IMG/VR virus record: IMGVR_UViG_3300009194_000002
Span: 1 to 52,765 of that record
From: a virus
Taxonomy: Duplodnaviria; Caudoviricetes
DNA length: 52,765 bases
Direction: 5' to 3' (one strand)
This document shows positions 35,740 through 46,058 of the stretch, piece after piece. Both the position numbers and the translations under genes were made by a program. The notes beneath the pieces were generated by a model. It was not told the DNA's origin, searched no databases, and saw only the letters and a program-made list of their open reading frames with translations. Each line of letters opens with the position of its first letter. Within the stretch, counting starts at the first letter, position 1.

Positions 35740-36129
35740 ATGGCAGATTATCAAGTTAGACATTCCAGCGCTAACGCACCGAAAGAAATTAAGGCTTCGG
35801 CGCATTACGCGTATATTGACGGAGGTATCACTTTAGATGGTTCTACTTTTTCAGCAGAAGAATTAGTAGAAGCTGGTACTTGTGTAGCTAGAAACGTAAA
35901 TACTGGAAAGTATGAAGCTTACACAGAAACCACACCCGACACATTCGAACCAGACTATGATAGACCGCTTATTTTAGACGAAAGCGTTAAGTTTAAGCTT
36001 GACGACGACGGAAATAACGCGGACCAGGTAGTCGGTGAAGTATTAGTACACGGTGCAGTTTATGAAGGTATGCTAACCGGTGTAACTGACGCTTTCAAAG
36101 CTAAAACTAAAATGATCGACTATAGATAA
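35740..36129 (+). CDS. Head decoration/stabilising protein
   Basis: GGITLD..AGT..VLVHGAV; between scaffold and major capsid genes. Confidence 0.65.
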   Translation: MADYQVRHSSANAPKEIKASAHYAYIDGGITLDGSTFSAEELVEAGTCVARNVNTGKYEAYTETTPDTFEPDYDRPLILDESVKFKLDDDGNNADQVVGEVLVHGAVYEGMLTGVTDAFKAKTKMIDYR

Positions 36130-36184
36130 TAGATACCGGTATTAAAATTTCACAGCCGGGAAATAACTTAAGGGGGAATAAATA

Positions 36185-37207
36185 ATGGCAGGATTAGCAC
36201 AATATAGCGAGTATTTTGAAAACCCGCTATTTACAGAAACTATACAGGAAATTCCTGTAGACGAGAACTACATTTCTAGTCGTTTTCTTCCCAGGGTAGA
36301 AACTTTTGACCTTGATTGGAACGAAACAGTACTAGAAAGACAAGCTGATATGGCAGACATTGTAGACGCTGGAGCAGAACTTCCTATGACTGACAGGGAC
36401 CCAGTAAGACGCGTAAGCGGTGAAATTGCAGACATAGGACAATCTTACATAGTCAGTAAGAAAGAGTTAAGAGGTCTTATGAGCAATAACGAAGCTGAAC
36501 GCGAGCTTATGGAAGCCCAGTTACTTAATAAAGCGGCCAGAGTACGCGGTAATATTGACGCCCGTATCGAGTGGATGAACTGGCAGGCGCTGGGTAACGG
36601 TATGTTAAGCTACAATAAAAACGGGGTTATGTTAGGTATTGACTTCGGGGTACCGTCAGATCATAAGAAAACAGCCGCTGTTAAATGGGACGACGGCGCC
36701 GGTGGACCAGATATTATTAGCGATTACGAAACCTGGGTACAGGACTACGTAGACGCGAACGGTCAAGCACCGGACGTATTCGTAACTTCAATTAAAGCGA
36801 TCCGTACAGTATTAAAAGATAGTACGATCGTAGAATCTGTAACAGGTAACACTACTTCCCAGCGAATTACTCTACCACAGCTTAACGAGTGGTTACAGGG
36901 ACTAGAACTTCCACCTATGGAAGCTTTCGACAGTAAAGTTACCTATAGGGACGTTCAGAGCGGTGGAAGTCGTGTTACTCAAAGATTATTACCAGAATAC
37001 CGCGGCGTATTCTTACTAGAGGGCGGAGAAATTGGAAACAGTTTATTAGGCCCTACAGTAGAAAACGATATGAACCCGGGTATCTTTGGTAGATCTTTTA
37101 CAATGGAAAGACCTAAGCGTGAAATCGTAGAGGTAGTTACTGCTTCAATGCCTAAAGTAACTAACCCGGAACTGATTATGTACGCGGATATTTTACTTAA
37201 CGCGTAA
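36185..37207 (+). CDS. Major capsid protein (lambda gpE-like)
   Basis: 340 aa; RIEWM..QAL..IDFGVP..W pattern. Confidence 0.85.
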   Translation: MAGLAQYSEYFENPLFTETIQEIPVDENYISSRFLPRVETFDLDWNETVLERQADMADIVDAGAELPMTDRDPVRRVSGEIADIGQSYIVSKKELRGLMSNNEAERELMEAQLLNKAARVRGNIDARIEWMNWQALGNGMLSYNKNGVMLGIDFGVPSDHKKTAAVKWDDGAGGPDIISDYETWVQDYVDANGQAPDVFVTSIKAIRTVLKDSTIVESVTGNTTSQRITLPQLNEWLQGLELPPMEAFDSKVTYRDVQSGGSRVTQRLLPEYRGVFLLEGGEIGNSLLGPTVENDMNPGIFGRSFTMERPKREIVEVVTASMPKVTNPELIMYADILLNA

Positions 37208-37224
37208 ACTAATTAACTAATGTA

Positions 37225-37250
37225 ACCAGGGTCTAATTATAGGCCCTGGT
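37225..37250 (+). terminator. Hairpin after the major capsid gene (attenuator or stability element)
   Basis: ACCAGGGTCTA-loop-TAGGCCCTGGT, no T-run. Confidence 0.5.
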
Positions 37251-37274
37251 AAATCACAAGGAGGTATTAGCTAA

Positions 37275-37658
37275 ATGGCAGACGTACAGGAAAGAAAGTA
37301 TAAAATTCTTAAGGGCGGTAAGGTTACTTTAAGGGGTGTAGATCTTAAAAAGGATCAAGTAGTAGAACTTCCGGTAAGTGCCGGCGAACACCTAGTAAAA
37401 GAAAAGGTCGCAAAAGCTGTGGTAATGGAAGTTAAGAATGAAGATACTTCCCAGGACGACAGTAAGCAAACCGAAGAAGAACTGCAAGCGGCTTATGAAA
37501 AAGAATTTAAAACTTTAGATAAGAAAACAAGGGATAATCTTTACGAAGTAGCTAAGGAAATTATCGAAATTCCTTACGATATTAATAAAGATCCTCTAAT
37601 TGAAGCTATTATCGAAGCCGATAAGACTAAAGCCGTACTTAAAAAATTAGAAGAATAA
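37275..37658 (+). CDS. Hypothetical head-associated protein with a C-terminal HeH/Rho-N-like motif
   Basis: LDKKTRDNLYEVAKE..NKDPLIEAI; typical post-capsid position. Confidence 0.6.
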   Translation: MADVQERKYKILKGGKVTLRGVDLKKDQVVELPVSAGEHLVKEKVAKAVVMEVKNEDTSQDDSKQTEEELQAAYEKEFKTLDKKTRDNLYEVAKEIIEIPYDINKDPLIEAIIEADKTKAVLKKLEE

Positions 37659-37670
37659 GGGGGTTAAGTT

Positions 37671-38060
37671 ATGGCCTATCTTACAGCTAGTGAACTAAAC
37701 GACTACTACCCGGACGCTGAAAATATGAGTACTAACGACGTAACTAAGTTTTTAGGTCGTGCTAATGGCTTTGCGGCAGGTGTTATAGGTGGACCGCTAA
37801 CCGAAGATCAAATAACTAGCGCTGGAATGGATCCAGAGAACATTAAAAGTGCTATAGGTATGGCTTTCGAGATACTAAGCGAGGGCGAAACGGGCCAGGT
37901 CAACCTTGATAACGGTAACGTAACAGAAGCCGCACCGACCGGCCACTTTGTTAAAAAGAAAGACCCGCTTAAGGACGTCGTAACAATGCTACAGCCTTAC
38001 GCTGAATTGCACGACAGAATTAACGCGGAAAAGTCAGATCGCGGGATCAGTTTTTTATAA
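37671..38060 (+). CDS. Head-tail adaptor
   Basis: MAYLTASEL..FLGRA..; position and size. Confidence 0.6.
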   Translation: MAYLTASELNDYYPDAENMSTNDVTKFLGRANGFAAGVIGGPLTEDQITSAGMDPENIKSAIGMAFEILSEGETGQVNLDNGNVTEAAPTGHFVKKKDPLKDVVTMLQPYAELHDRINAEKSDRGISFL

Positions 38061-38557
38061 TGGCCCGCCGCGACGATAATTTAGAGATCGAAAACTTAGA
38101 AGACTGGATAAAGTGGTTAGACGGTTTAGACGACGAACATATCGAACGCTTTAAATCCCGGGTGTTAAGATCAGCAGGCCTTCGCGGTTTAGAATACACC
38201 CAGGACCTTACGCCCGTAAGATCTGGAACTTTGGCTGATAGCTATAGCTTCGGTGATAAAAATAATGTATTTGAACTTAAAGCAGGTAAGACAAGTTACG
38301 TAGTCTGGGGAACTACAGTTAAGTACGCCAGACACGTAGAGGAAGGCTTCGAGCAACAAGCTGGAAGATTTGTCCCTGGCTTCTGGAAAAACGGAACCTT
38401 TCATTACCGGGAAGATTACGACACCGGAATGGTTCTTACCGGAAAAGTTATTCCTGGCGCACACCAAATGGCTAAAGGTATAGAATACTTAGATGACGAT
38501 TTAAGCGACATTGTAGACTTTGAATTTCAGCGCCTTTACGCTGAATTAAATAACTAA
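38060..38557 (+). CDS. HK97 gp10-like neck/tail completion protein
   Basis: TPVRSGTLADS..YARHVEEG. Confidence 0.85.
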   Translation: MARRDDNLEIENLEDWIKWLDGLDDEHIERFKSRVLRSAGLRGLEYTQDLTPVRSGTLADSYSFGDKNNVFELKAGKTSYVVWGTTVKYARHVEEGFEQQAGRFVPGFWKNGTFHYREDYDTGMVLTGKVIPGAHQMAKGIEYLDDDLSDIVDFEFQRLYAELNN

Positions 38558-38571
38558 AGGGGGCCTGGTTA

Positions 38572-39054
38572 ATGGGTAACTATAAACTAGAATTAAACAC
38601 GATCCAGACCTGGATAAAGCAGGCGGCAGACGTGAATTCTATCCGCTTAAACAGCGGTAAAACTAAAGCTTCCAGGCCTATAATCTTATTTGAACCGCCG
38701 GGCAGGGGTAAAGATCGGGAACTAACCCGGTATAAATACGTGAACGGAATAACCCAGTATTGTAGGTTATTTGCTAATAACTTAGACGAAGCCCTGGAAA
38801 TACAGGAAGCTTTAATATCTGATATAGAAGATCGGGACAGTTATTTAGATATTAAAGACGGAAACGGTGTTAAAGTAGGAAGGCTTAAGAATATAGAAGT
38901 TGAGTTCACAGACAGTGACGGCCTGGATATTAGCTTTGTTATTAGGTACGAAGTAACTTACAGCCGCCCAGTACCAGAAGCGCCGCCTAGTCCTACTTTT
39001 GTAGGTAATAGACTGATAATAAATGAAAATCGCGGCGAAGTTAAAGACTACTAA
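38572..39054 (+). CDS. Tail terminator protein
   Basis: Position between the gp10-like gene and the sheath; size. Confidence 0.6.
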   Translation: MGNYKLELNTIQTWIKQAADVNSIRLNSGKTKASRPIILFEPPGRGKDRELTRYKYVNGITQYCRLFANNLDEALEIQEALISDIEDRDSYLDIKDGNGVKVGRLKNIEVEFTDSDGLDISFVIRYEVTYSRPVPEAPPSPTFVGNRLIINENRGEVKDY

Positions 39055-39068
39055 AGGGGGTTTATTAA

Positions 39069-39287
39069 ATGGCTAAAAGTAAGAAAGAGGACACAAAAAA
39101 GACCACTACGAACACAGAAAATAAAGCCACGTACACAAAGGAAGAACTAATAAATGCGGCAGAAACTGCTTTTAACGTTAGACCGCACCTTTTAGCTGGC
39201 GCCCTTCGTAACTTAGAAGGGGAAATCACGAAAGAAGAAGCAAAAAAGAAACTTGACGCGTATAAAGCGCGCAAGGTAAAAAGATAA
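39069..39287 (+). CDS. Small YqzN/YkzM-like tail-region protein
   Basis: YTKEELI..F..LAGAL..ITKEEAKKKL; pre-sheath position as in PBSX-like phages. Confidence 0.6.
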   Translation: MAKSKKEDTKKTTTNTENKATYTKEELINAAETAFNVRPHLLAGALRNLEGEITKEEAKKKLDAYKARKVKR

Positions 39288-39307
39288 TCGAAGGGGGATT
39301 ATAAATT

Positions 39308-40735
39308 ATGGCAGGTACTTATATAGAAGGATCCAGTAAAGTACTATCCGGTGTTTATACGCTGATACAGTCTGTAATAACTGGTATCCCGTTAGGCGAT
39401 CGCGGTATAGTAGCTTATCCGTTTACCGCTGACTGGGGACCGGCTAACAAGCTGGAACAGGTATTATTCGGCGGGGAATTTGATAAGAAGTACAACGCTT
39501 CTGCAAATGAAAGCTTATCCGCTAATTTAATCTATGATAACGCCTGGAAAGGTAAGCCACAGCGAGTATTAACTTATCGTATGGCAGACCCAGACGCCGC
39601 AAAGGGTACAGTAAGCTTGCAAGATAGCGGCACGACTGAAAGTATAGCTATGGAAACTAAGTACCCCAGCGACAGGGCTTTTGAAGTAACAGTTAAAGAT
39701 AGCCTGGCTACTGACGGGAATAAAGTTATCCAGATTATAGAAAATGGCTATAAGCTAGCAGAAGTAGACGCCGGAACCGTAGCAGAGCTGGAAGAAAAGC
39801 TGAACGCTACAGGCTACGTGAATGTAACAAGTACTGGCGACAACCTACCAGCTAATATTGTAGGTGAGCCTTTCGCCGGTGGTAATAACGGCGCGGCCGC
39901 TATTACTTCGACCGAGTATTCAAACTTCCTGGACGCTATAGAAGCTAACGGCAAGCCGCAGGCTTTCAGTCTTGACGGTGTAGACGACGAAGCTATTATA
40001 GCAGAGATGGAAGCTTGGACTAAAAGAGTAAGGGACCAGGGCTTATATATCACTTTTGCAAGTGGTGGACCGTCTACCTGGGATACAGACGTCGACGCGG
40101 CTAATACAGCCAGTAAGAACTTTAACCACAGAGGTATAGTTAACGTCGGAAACGGTGTTGACGGTTACACAGCGGCAGAAATGGCAGTATTCGTAGCGGC
40201 CAGGGTCGCAAGTATTCCGTTAAATAGAACTGTGACTGATGTAGTTATCGACTACGACAGCGTTAATGAAGAATTACTACCAGGGGATCGTGTAAAAGCA
40301 AAAGAAGCTGGTACTTTAGTATTTACTACTGATGATAAAGGTATGGTAGTTATCGACGAAGGGGTTAATACTTTAACAGCGCCTTCCGGTGGCGAACATA
40401 TCTATATGGGTAAGATCAGAGTAAATAACGCGCTTGATTTTATCAGTAGAGATCTGGAAGCTTTCGGTAATGAGTATAAGAAAACTAAATCTAATACCCA
40501 GGAAGCTAGACAGACCTACGCTAGTTTAGTACAGGATACATACTTTAGAGCGCTGGCGGCTATGGAAGTAGTTAAAGACGAACCAGGTTTTAGGTACTCT
40601 TATATCGAAGATCCGGAATATCACGGCAAAGACGCGGTATATAGCCCGGCTTTAGACGAAGCTTACTTTATCGCTGAATTTACACCCGTTGATAGTATGG
40701 AACGGATCTACCAGAAATTCCAACTTAGATTTTAA
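39308..40735 (+). CDS. Contractile tail sheath protein (XkdK-like)
   Basis: GVY..RGIVA..WGP, GVNTL, KIRV and DSMERIY motifs. Confidence 0.9.
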   Translation: MAGTYIEGSSKVLSGVYTLIQSVITGIPLGDRGIVAYPFTADWGPANKLEQVLFGGEFDKKYNASANESLSANLIYDNAWKGKPQRVLTYRMADPDAAKGTVSLQDSGTTESIAMETKYPSDRAFEVTVKDSLATDGNKVIQIIENGYKLAEVDAGTVAELEEKLNATGYVNVTSTGDNLPANIVGEPFAGGNNGAAAITSTEYSNFLDAIEANGKPQAFSLDGVDDEAIIAEMEAWTKRVRDQGLYITFASGGPSTWDTDVDAANTASKNFNHRGIVNVGNGVDGYTAAEMAVFVAARVASIPLNRTVTDVVIDYDSVNEELLPGDRVKAKEAGTLVFTTDDKGMVVIDEGVNTLTAPSGGEHIYMGKIRVNNALDFISRDLEAFGNEYKKTKSNTQEARQTYASLVQDTYFRALAAMEVVKDEPGFRYSYIEDPEYHGKDAVYSPALDEAYFIAEFTPVDSMERIYQKFQLRF

Positions 40736-40753
40736 TAGAGGGGGTATTAATAT

Positions 40754-41176
40754 ATGGGCTTCGACACTAACGAAGTTATTAACGGTAAATATGGCTTTTT
40801 ATACGACGAGGACGGCCGCCAGTTAACTACTACCCAGGAATTTGAAGCTGTAGTAGATCTTAACAAAGAGGAAATAGAAATGGCCGGCGAATTTATGTCC
40901 GGACATAAAGTTATGGGCGGATCCGGTTCTGGATCAGTAACTTATTTAAAACTTACTTCTGCCCTGGTTAAAAAGATCAGCGAGGAACCTACAGCTAAGT
41001 TTAACTATTTAGGGAAGCTGGCAGATCCTACTGCAAAAGGGGAAGAAGCAGTCCTTTATAAGCGACTATCTTTCGATCAGATACCCTTACAGAACTATTC
41101 ATTAGGGGATATTGTAGAAGTAGAACTGGACTTTACTTTCGAAGATTTCGAATATAAGGCCAGTATAGACGAATAA
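40754..41176 (+). CDS. Tail tube protein (XkdM-like)
   Basis: VINGKYG..KLADP..DFTFEDFE. Confidence 0.9.
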   Translation: MGFDTNEVINGKYGFLYDEDGRQLTTTQEFEAVVDLNKEEIEMAGEFMSGHKVMGGSGSGSVTYLKLTSALVKKISEEPTAKFNYLGKLADPTAKGEEAVLYKRLSFDQIPLQNYSLGDIVEVELDFTFEDFEYKASIDE

Positions 41177-41182
41177 TTCAAT

Positions 41183-41220
41183 AGTTAGGGGTTAACGCCG
41201 TAAAGGCTTAACCCCTGGCT
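41183..41220 (+). terminator. Hairpin after the tube gene
   Basis: AGTTAGGGGTTAA..TTAACCCCTGGCT. Confidence 0.5.
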
Positions 41221-41244
41221 AATATTAGAAAGGGGTTTTAATTT

Positions 41245-41682
41245 ATGTCAAACAATTTTACTAGTTTAGATATGATCTTAACAAAGGATACAGAAGAACT
41301 TACAAGTCTTAAGACCGGGGAATTTGAAAGCGAGAAACTGGGTTTAATTCCTTATACTGCTATAGATCACCCAGAGTATAAGAGAAATAAGCGCGACTGT
41401 GTTAAGTTGATACCGGACGGATCGGGTGGAAGAAAACCCGACGTAGACGACGATAAACTAATGGTTCGCTTAGTTATCGACGCGGTAGATAAGGATAATC
41501 GAAGCGACTTTACTTTTGCTAATAAAAAACTGCTGGAAAAGCTTAACGTAGTCAGCGCTGAAAAAGCGGTAAGTAAGTTACTACAGCCGGGGGAAATTTA
41601 CGAGTTCGCTATGGATATACAAGATCTTTCCGGTTTTGGTAAAAGAGCGCGTAAAAAGCAGGAGGAAGAAGTAAAAAACTAA
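41245..41682 (+). CDS. Tail assembly chaperone (XkdN-like)
   Basis: LLQPGE..LSGF..EEVKN ending; between tube and tape measure genes. Confidence 0.85.
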   Translation: MSNNFTSLDMILTKDTEELTSLKTGEFESEKLGLIPYTAIDHPEYKRNKRDCVKLIPDGSGGRKPDVDDDKLMVRLVIDAVDKDNRSDFTFANKKLLEKLNVVSAEKAVSKLLQPGEIYEFAMDIQDLSGFGKRARKKQEEEVKN

Positions 41683-41840
41683 TAAAGCAGGACGGCGAAG
41701 CTAGGTTATTAGCTTATATATGGAATAACTATAAAAAGCTTCCGTCCGAAATTTACAACCTACCGCCTGGCGAAAAAACTTTTATTTACCAGGCTACGCT
41801 TGAACGGATCAAAGCAGAAAATAAAAGATCTCGCAAGTAA
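41673..41840 (+). CDS. -1 frameshift extension of the tail chaperone (gpGT-like)
   Basis: Slippery A AAA AAC at 41673-41679; -1 frame open as LIKQDGEARLLAYIWNNYKKLPSEIYNLPPGEKTFI.. to TAA41840. Confidence 0.85.
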   Translation, partial: KKLIKQDGEARLLAYIWNNYKKLPSEIYNLPPGEKTFIYQATLERIKAENKRSRK

Positions 41841-41862
41841 TGAGTAGAAAGGGGGTAAATTA

Positions 41863-44310
41863 ATGGCTAGAGAATTTGTAATGGGCGCTAAAATGACCTT
41901 GAAAGATAGATTTAGTAAGCAATTAAAGGACGTAAAACGCGCTACCGATATGTTTAGTAACTCTATAGAAGGCGCTAACAGCGAAACCGCAGAAATGGTA
42001 AATAGGCAGTTAAGAGCGCGGGACAGTATGGACGATTTTAGCCGCGACACCCAGAGGGCTACTAATAACTTAAAAGAACAGCGGACTGCTACAAATAGAT
42101 TAGGTTCTGGAATGAGAATGTTAAGAGGTTTATTAGTCGGTGTAGCTTCGAGTATGGCCCTGGTAGGCGGTAAAAAATGGCTTGTAGATAGTAACGCTAA
42201 TATGGAAACTTACCAGAATACGCTAGAGGTTATAATGGGTTCACAGGAAGAAGCTATTAAACAGCTAGAATGGGCCGAAAAATTCGCCGGCGGAACACCC
42301 TTTCAGATCGGCGATATAGTAGAAGCTACTACCCGTCTAGAAAGTTACGGCTTGCAGTCAGAAAAAGTATTAGGTATTACTGGCGATATGGCTTCTGTAA
42401 TGGGTAAAGATCTTATGCAAGCAGTAGAAGCTGTAGCAGACGCCCAGACCGGAGAAGTAGAAAGACTTAAAGAATTCGGTATAACTAAGGATATGATCGA
42501 GGAACAGGCCGAAATGCTAGGCACTAACCCGATTAACAATAAGGGACAAATAACGGATATGAAAGCTTTTAACGCCGCTTTATTTTCTCTTATGGAAGAA
42601 CGCTTCGAGGGCGGAATGGCTATGCAAATGGAAACCTGGGACGGTATGATGTCAAATGCTAAAGATTTCTGGTCCCGGTTAGGTAGAACTTTAGGCGAAC
42701 CGATCTTCGAGGAAGCTAAATTACAGCTTGAAGGTCTTTTAGAGTACCTAAGCTTTTTAGAGGACAGCGGCGCTATAGATCGCTGGGCTACAAATGTAGA
42801 AAATAGTTTAACAGCTGTAAAAAACGGAATTAATAATTACATAAAACCGGGCGTCTTTTTTATGATCGGTGCCGCACAAGCTATCCGCAATAACTGGGAC
42901 TGGATCGGGCCTTTTGTAGAAGGCTTAGTCGTAACCCTGGGTAGTTACTTAATGATTACTAAAGGTATAGCTTTTTACCAGACCGTAGCCGCTGGTATAC
43001 AATGGGCTTATAATGCCGCTATTACAGCTTATCAGACATTAGGTCTTATAGCGATCGGTATAACCGAAGGTTGGGCCGGCGTCCAAACAGCGCTCAATAT
43101 CGCTTTAAACGCTAACCCTATAGGCCTGGTAGTAGCTTCGATAGCTTTATTAGTCGGAGGTTTAATATTAGCCTATAGGAAGTCAGAAACCTTTAGAAAC
43201 ATTGTTAACAGCGTATGGGATACAATCTGGACTAAGGTTAAACCTATAGTAGATAGTTTACGGAATTCTATAGTTAACGCTTTTAGTGCAGTACTTAACT
43301 GGGTTAATACTTACTGGCCTAAGATCGAGCAGATAATATCTTTTGTTTGGGCTTTTTTAGGGCCTTTTGTAATGGCTAAGATTAACATAATTAAGACAGC
43401 AGTAATTAATGGCTTTAGTTTAATATTTGATACCGTACGCCGTGTTATGGGTATGGTAGGCGCAATAGTTCGTATAAGCTGGTCTATAATATCCGGAATA
43501 TTCGGTGTAGGTTTAAGCCTACTTACCGGTGACTGGGAAGGTGCCTGGGAAGCTATGTTAAGTATGCTATCTGGTATCTGGACTGGTATAGAACAGTTCT
43601 TTACAGAGTTAGGTGGTCTATTTTTAGACGCCGGGGGTACTATTATAAATACCTTAGTTACAGGAATTCAAACCGCGGCTATGGCCCCAGTAGAAGCTGT
43701 AAAGAATGTATTTGAAAAGGTAAGAAACTTACTGCCGTTTAGTGACGCTAAGGACGGACCTTTTAGTAATTTAACAGGTAGCGGCCAGGCTATTATAACT
43801 ACTATAATAGACGGTATAGAAAATAAAGCTACTAAGATCTACGATACTGTTACTAATGTATTTGAAAAAGTAAAAGATTTTGCGCTGACACCGATTAACG
43901 GGATTTTAAACGCCGTAGATAATGTATTCAGCGGGGTTAGAAACAGCGTTTTAGATATTTATAATAAGGTAGTAGGGATAATTGATAAGATCCCGAAAGC
44001 TTTTTTACCTAAAAACTTAGAAAATCTAAAACCTATAGAACTTAAGGCCAGCGCTTCTGGGGATCAATTTAAAGATAGCCCTACAACAGGTAACAGTCAG
44101 AAAATAAACCCAGCTGGAACAGTTAACACGAATAATACAAGTAAAAGCGTAGCTATTCAGAACTTAATAGGTACTTTAGAACTTAAGGACGTAGGTAATA
44201 GAAATGTAGAAGATCTGGTAGACGAGATTATAGCTAGTCTATATAACAGATTATCGGACGCTGACGAAGTATTAAGCACCGGTGAAATGGAGGTATTACT
44301 CAATGGGTAG
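41863..44310 (+). CDS. Tape measure protein
   Basis: 815 aa; TPF motif, ANPIG, periodic W/F repeats, LLPFSDAKDGP. Confidence 0.9.
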   Translation: MAREFVMGAKMTLKDRFSKQLKDVKRATDMFSNSIEGANSETAEMVNRQLRARDSMDDFSRDTQRATNNLKEQRTATNRLGSGMRMLRGLLVGVASSMALVGGKKWLVDSNANMETYQNTLEVIMGSQEEAIKQLEWAEKFAGGTPFQIGDIVEATTRLESYGLQSEKVLGITGDMASVMGKDLMQAVEAVADAQTGEVERLKEFGITKDMIEEQAEMLGTNPINNKGQITDMKAFNAALFSLMEERFEGGMAMQMETWDGMMSNAKDFWSRLGRTLGEPIFEEAKLQLEGLLEYLSFLEDSGAIDRWATNVENSLTAVKNGINNYIKPGVFFMIGAAQAIRNNWDWIGPFVEGLVVTLGSYLMITKGIAFYQTVAAGIQWAYNAAITAYQTLGLIAIGITEGWAGVQTALNIALNANPIGLVVASIALLVGGLILAYRKSETFRNIVNSVWDTIWTKVKPIVDSLRNSIVNAFSAVLNWVNTYWPKIEQIISFVWAFLGPFVMAKINIIKTAVINGFSLIFDTVRRVMGMVGAIVRISWSIISGIFGVGLSLLTGDWEGAWEAMLSMLSGIWTGIEQFFTELGGLFLDAGGTIINTLVTGIQTAAMAPVEAVKNVFEKVRNLLPFSDAKDGPFSNLTGSGQAIITTIIDGIENKATKIYDTVTNVFEKVKDFALTPINGILNAVDNVFSGVRNSVLDIYNKVVGIIDKIPKAFLPKNLENLKPIELKASASGDQFKDSPTTGNSQKINPAGTVNTNNTSKSVAIQNLIGTLELKDVGNRNVEDLVDEIIASLYNRLSDADEVLSTGEMEVLLNG

Positions 44311-44971
44311 TCTAAAGGTAAAGATAACCATAAGGGATAATAAAACAGGCGAATACGTACGTATTCCAGTAATACCGCCCAGGCTTCAATACCAGGAGGG
44401 CGCGGCTATGGTAGATACTGTTAAGATCCTTAATGTAGGTAATATTGATTTCCACAGCGGGGTGGAACTTGACAGTATGGGCTGGTCCTCTTTTTTCCCG
44501 GCAAGATACGACGGCGGTTATGTTAATATCGCCGGGGATCTTCTAAAAGAACCGCTGGAATATAAGGAAATATTTAAAGAATGGAAAGATACAGGTAGGC
44601 CTTTACAGCTTATTATACCTGTAATAGATCTTAACGTACCTATGTATTTAGCTTCCTTTAACTGGGATCTTAGAGGACACGAAAAAGATATTTATTACAG
44701 CTGTAACTTTAAGCGCGATAAAGACGTAAGACCCAGACAGTATAATACAGACACCGGGACGATCGAAGAAGTGACACAGCAAACGGCAGAGGACAGGGCG
44801 CCAGTACCGGAAGAAACACCACCCAGTAGCTACGTAGTTAAGGAAGGGGATAACTTAACTACTATAGCAAAAAGAACGGGGAATGACTGGGAAACTATTT
44901 ACGCTGATAACAGGGAAGCAATCGGGGACGATCCGAACACAATACAACCAGGAACGGAATTAATGGTATGA
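44303..44971 (+). CDS. LysM-containing tube initiator/baseplate protein (XkdP-like)
   Basis: SSFFP; C-terminal LysM YVVKEGDNLTTIAK..IQPGTEL; ATG44303 after ggaggt. Confidence 0.85.
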   Translation: MGSLKVKITIRDNKTGEYVRIPVIPPRLQYQEGAAMVDTVKILNVGNIDFHSGVELDSMGWSSFFPARYDGGYVNIAGDLLKEPLEYKEIFKEWKDTGRPLQLIIPVIDLNVPMYLASFNWDLRGHEKDIYYSCNFKRDKDVRPRQYNTDTGTIEEVTQQTAEDRAPVPEETPPSSYVVKEGDNLTTIAKRTGNDWETIYADNREAIGDDPNTIQPGTELMV

Positions 44972-46047
44972 TCCAGGTAGAAGTTAACGGCCAGGACATT
45001 AGACCATTACTAGCCAGTCCGCCCCGAATACAGGATAATATAAACGCCACGTGTAGGACTTTATCCCTTAAGCCTTATAAAAGTCGTGATCTGGAAAACT
45101 ATTTAGGTCAGCCAGTTAAGCTTCGTTATAGTAACGAGATCTGGTTCTATGGTTTTTTAAGATCACGGCGCTATAACTCAAACGGACAGGCAGAGTATAC
45201 CGCGGCGGATCCTCTAATATTTATGAAAAATAACCCCGGTGATTATTACTTTAAGAATATAACAGCTAACCAGGGAATGAAGCAGTTAGCAGAAAAGACA
45301 GGCGTAAAGATCGGCCAGCTGGAAAATACCGGCGCCGTACTATCCCAGCTTTTTTACGAGAATAAGGACCCGGATAAAATAGCTATCGACTTACTGGCCC
45401 GAACTTACAGAGAAAACAGTAAAAAGTACTGGTTTAGATACGATCCAGAAAAAGGTCTGATCCTATTTGAAAGAAAAACACCTAAAAAGGTCTGGGCCTT
45501 CCAAGTCGGTGTTAACCTAGAACAGGCAGAATACAAGGATAGTATCGAAAAAACAGTAACTATAGTAAAGCTTGTTAACAGAGAAACAGGGAAGGTAGTT
45601 ACTAAAGGCGATAGTCAAAGTATTAAACAGTACGGGCCTTATACACACTTTGAAGAAGTAGACAAACAGGCGGCTAAAATAATGGATCAATTAGCTAATG
45701 ATCTATTAAAACAGAAAGGTAAAGTCGAAAAATCACAGAGTATTAAGGGAATAAATCCGGGGACTATGCCGCAGTTTTACAGCGGGGACGTGATTTATGT
45801 AGAGGAAGAAAAAACTAAACTAATCGGTGCCTATCATATTAAAAACGCGGTACAGACTTTTAAGAGTGATAACCTTATAGAACTTAAGTTCGATATACAG
45901 GAAGCGCCGGACGTACCTATTATAGAATATGAAAACGCCAGTCAACCGCCGCCGTCTGATGAAGAAACAGAAAAAGGCGTACAGCAGGAATACAGCGACG
46001 AACTTAAAAAGCTGATGGATAAATACGGAATAGATCCGGAAGGTTAG
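44968..46047 (+). CDS. Baseplate hub protein (XkdQ-like)
   Basis: Position after the LysM gene; 359 aa; SIKQYG motif. Confidence 0.75.
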   Translation: MIQVEVNGQDIRPLLASPPRIQDNINATCRTLSLKPYKSRDLENYLGQPVKLRYSNEIWFYGFLRSRRYNSNGQAEYTAADPLIFMKNNPGDYYFKNITANQGMKQLAEKTGVKIGQLENTGAVLSQLFYENKDPDKIAIDLLARTYRENSKKYWFRYDPEKGLILFERKTPKKVWAFQVGVNLEQAEYKDSIEKTVTIVKLVNRETGKVVTKGDSQSIKQYGPYTHFEEVDKQAAKIMDQLANDLLKQKGKVEKSQSIKGINPGTMPQFYSGDVIYVEEEKTKLIGAYHIKNAVQTFKSDNLIELKFDIQEAPDVPIIEYENASQPPPSDEETEKGVQQEYSDELKKLMDKYGIDPEG

Positions 46048-46058
46048 GGGGTTAATTA

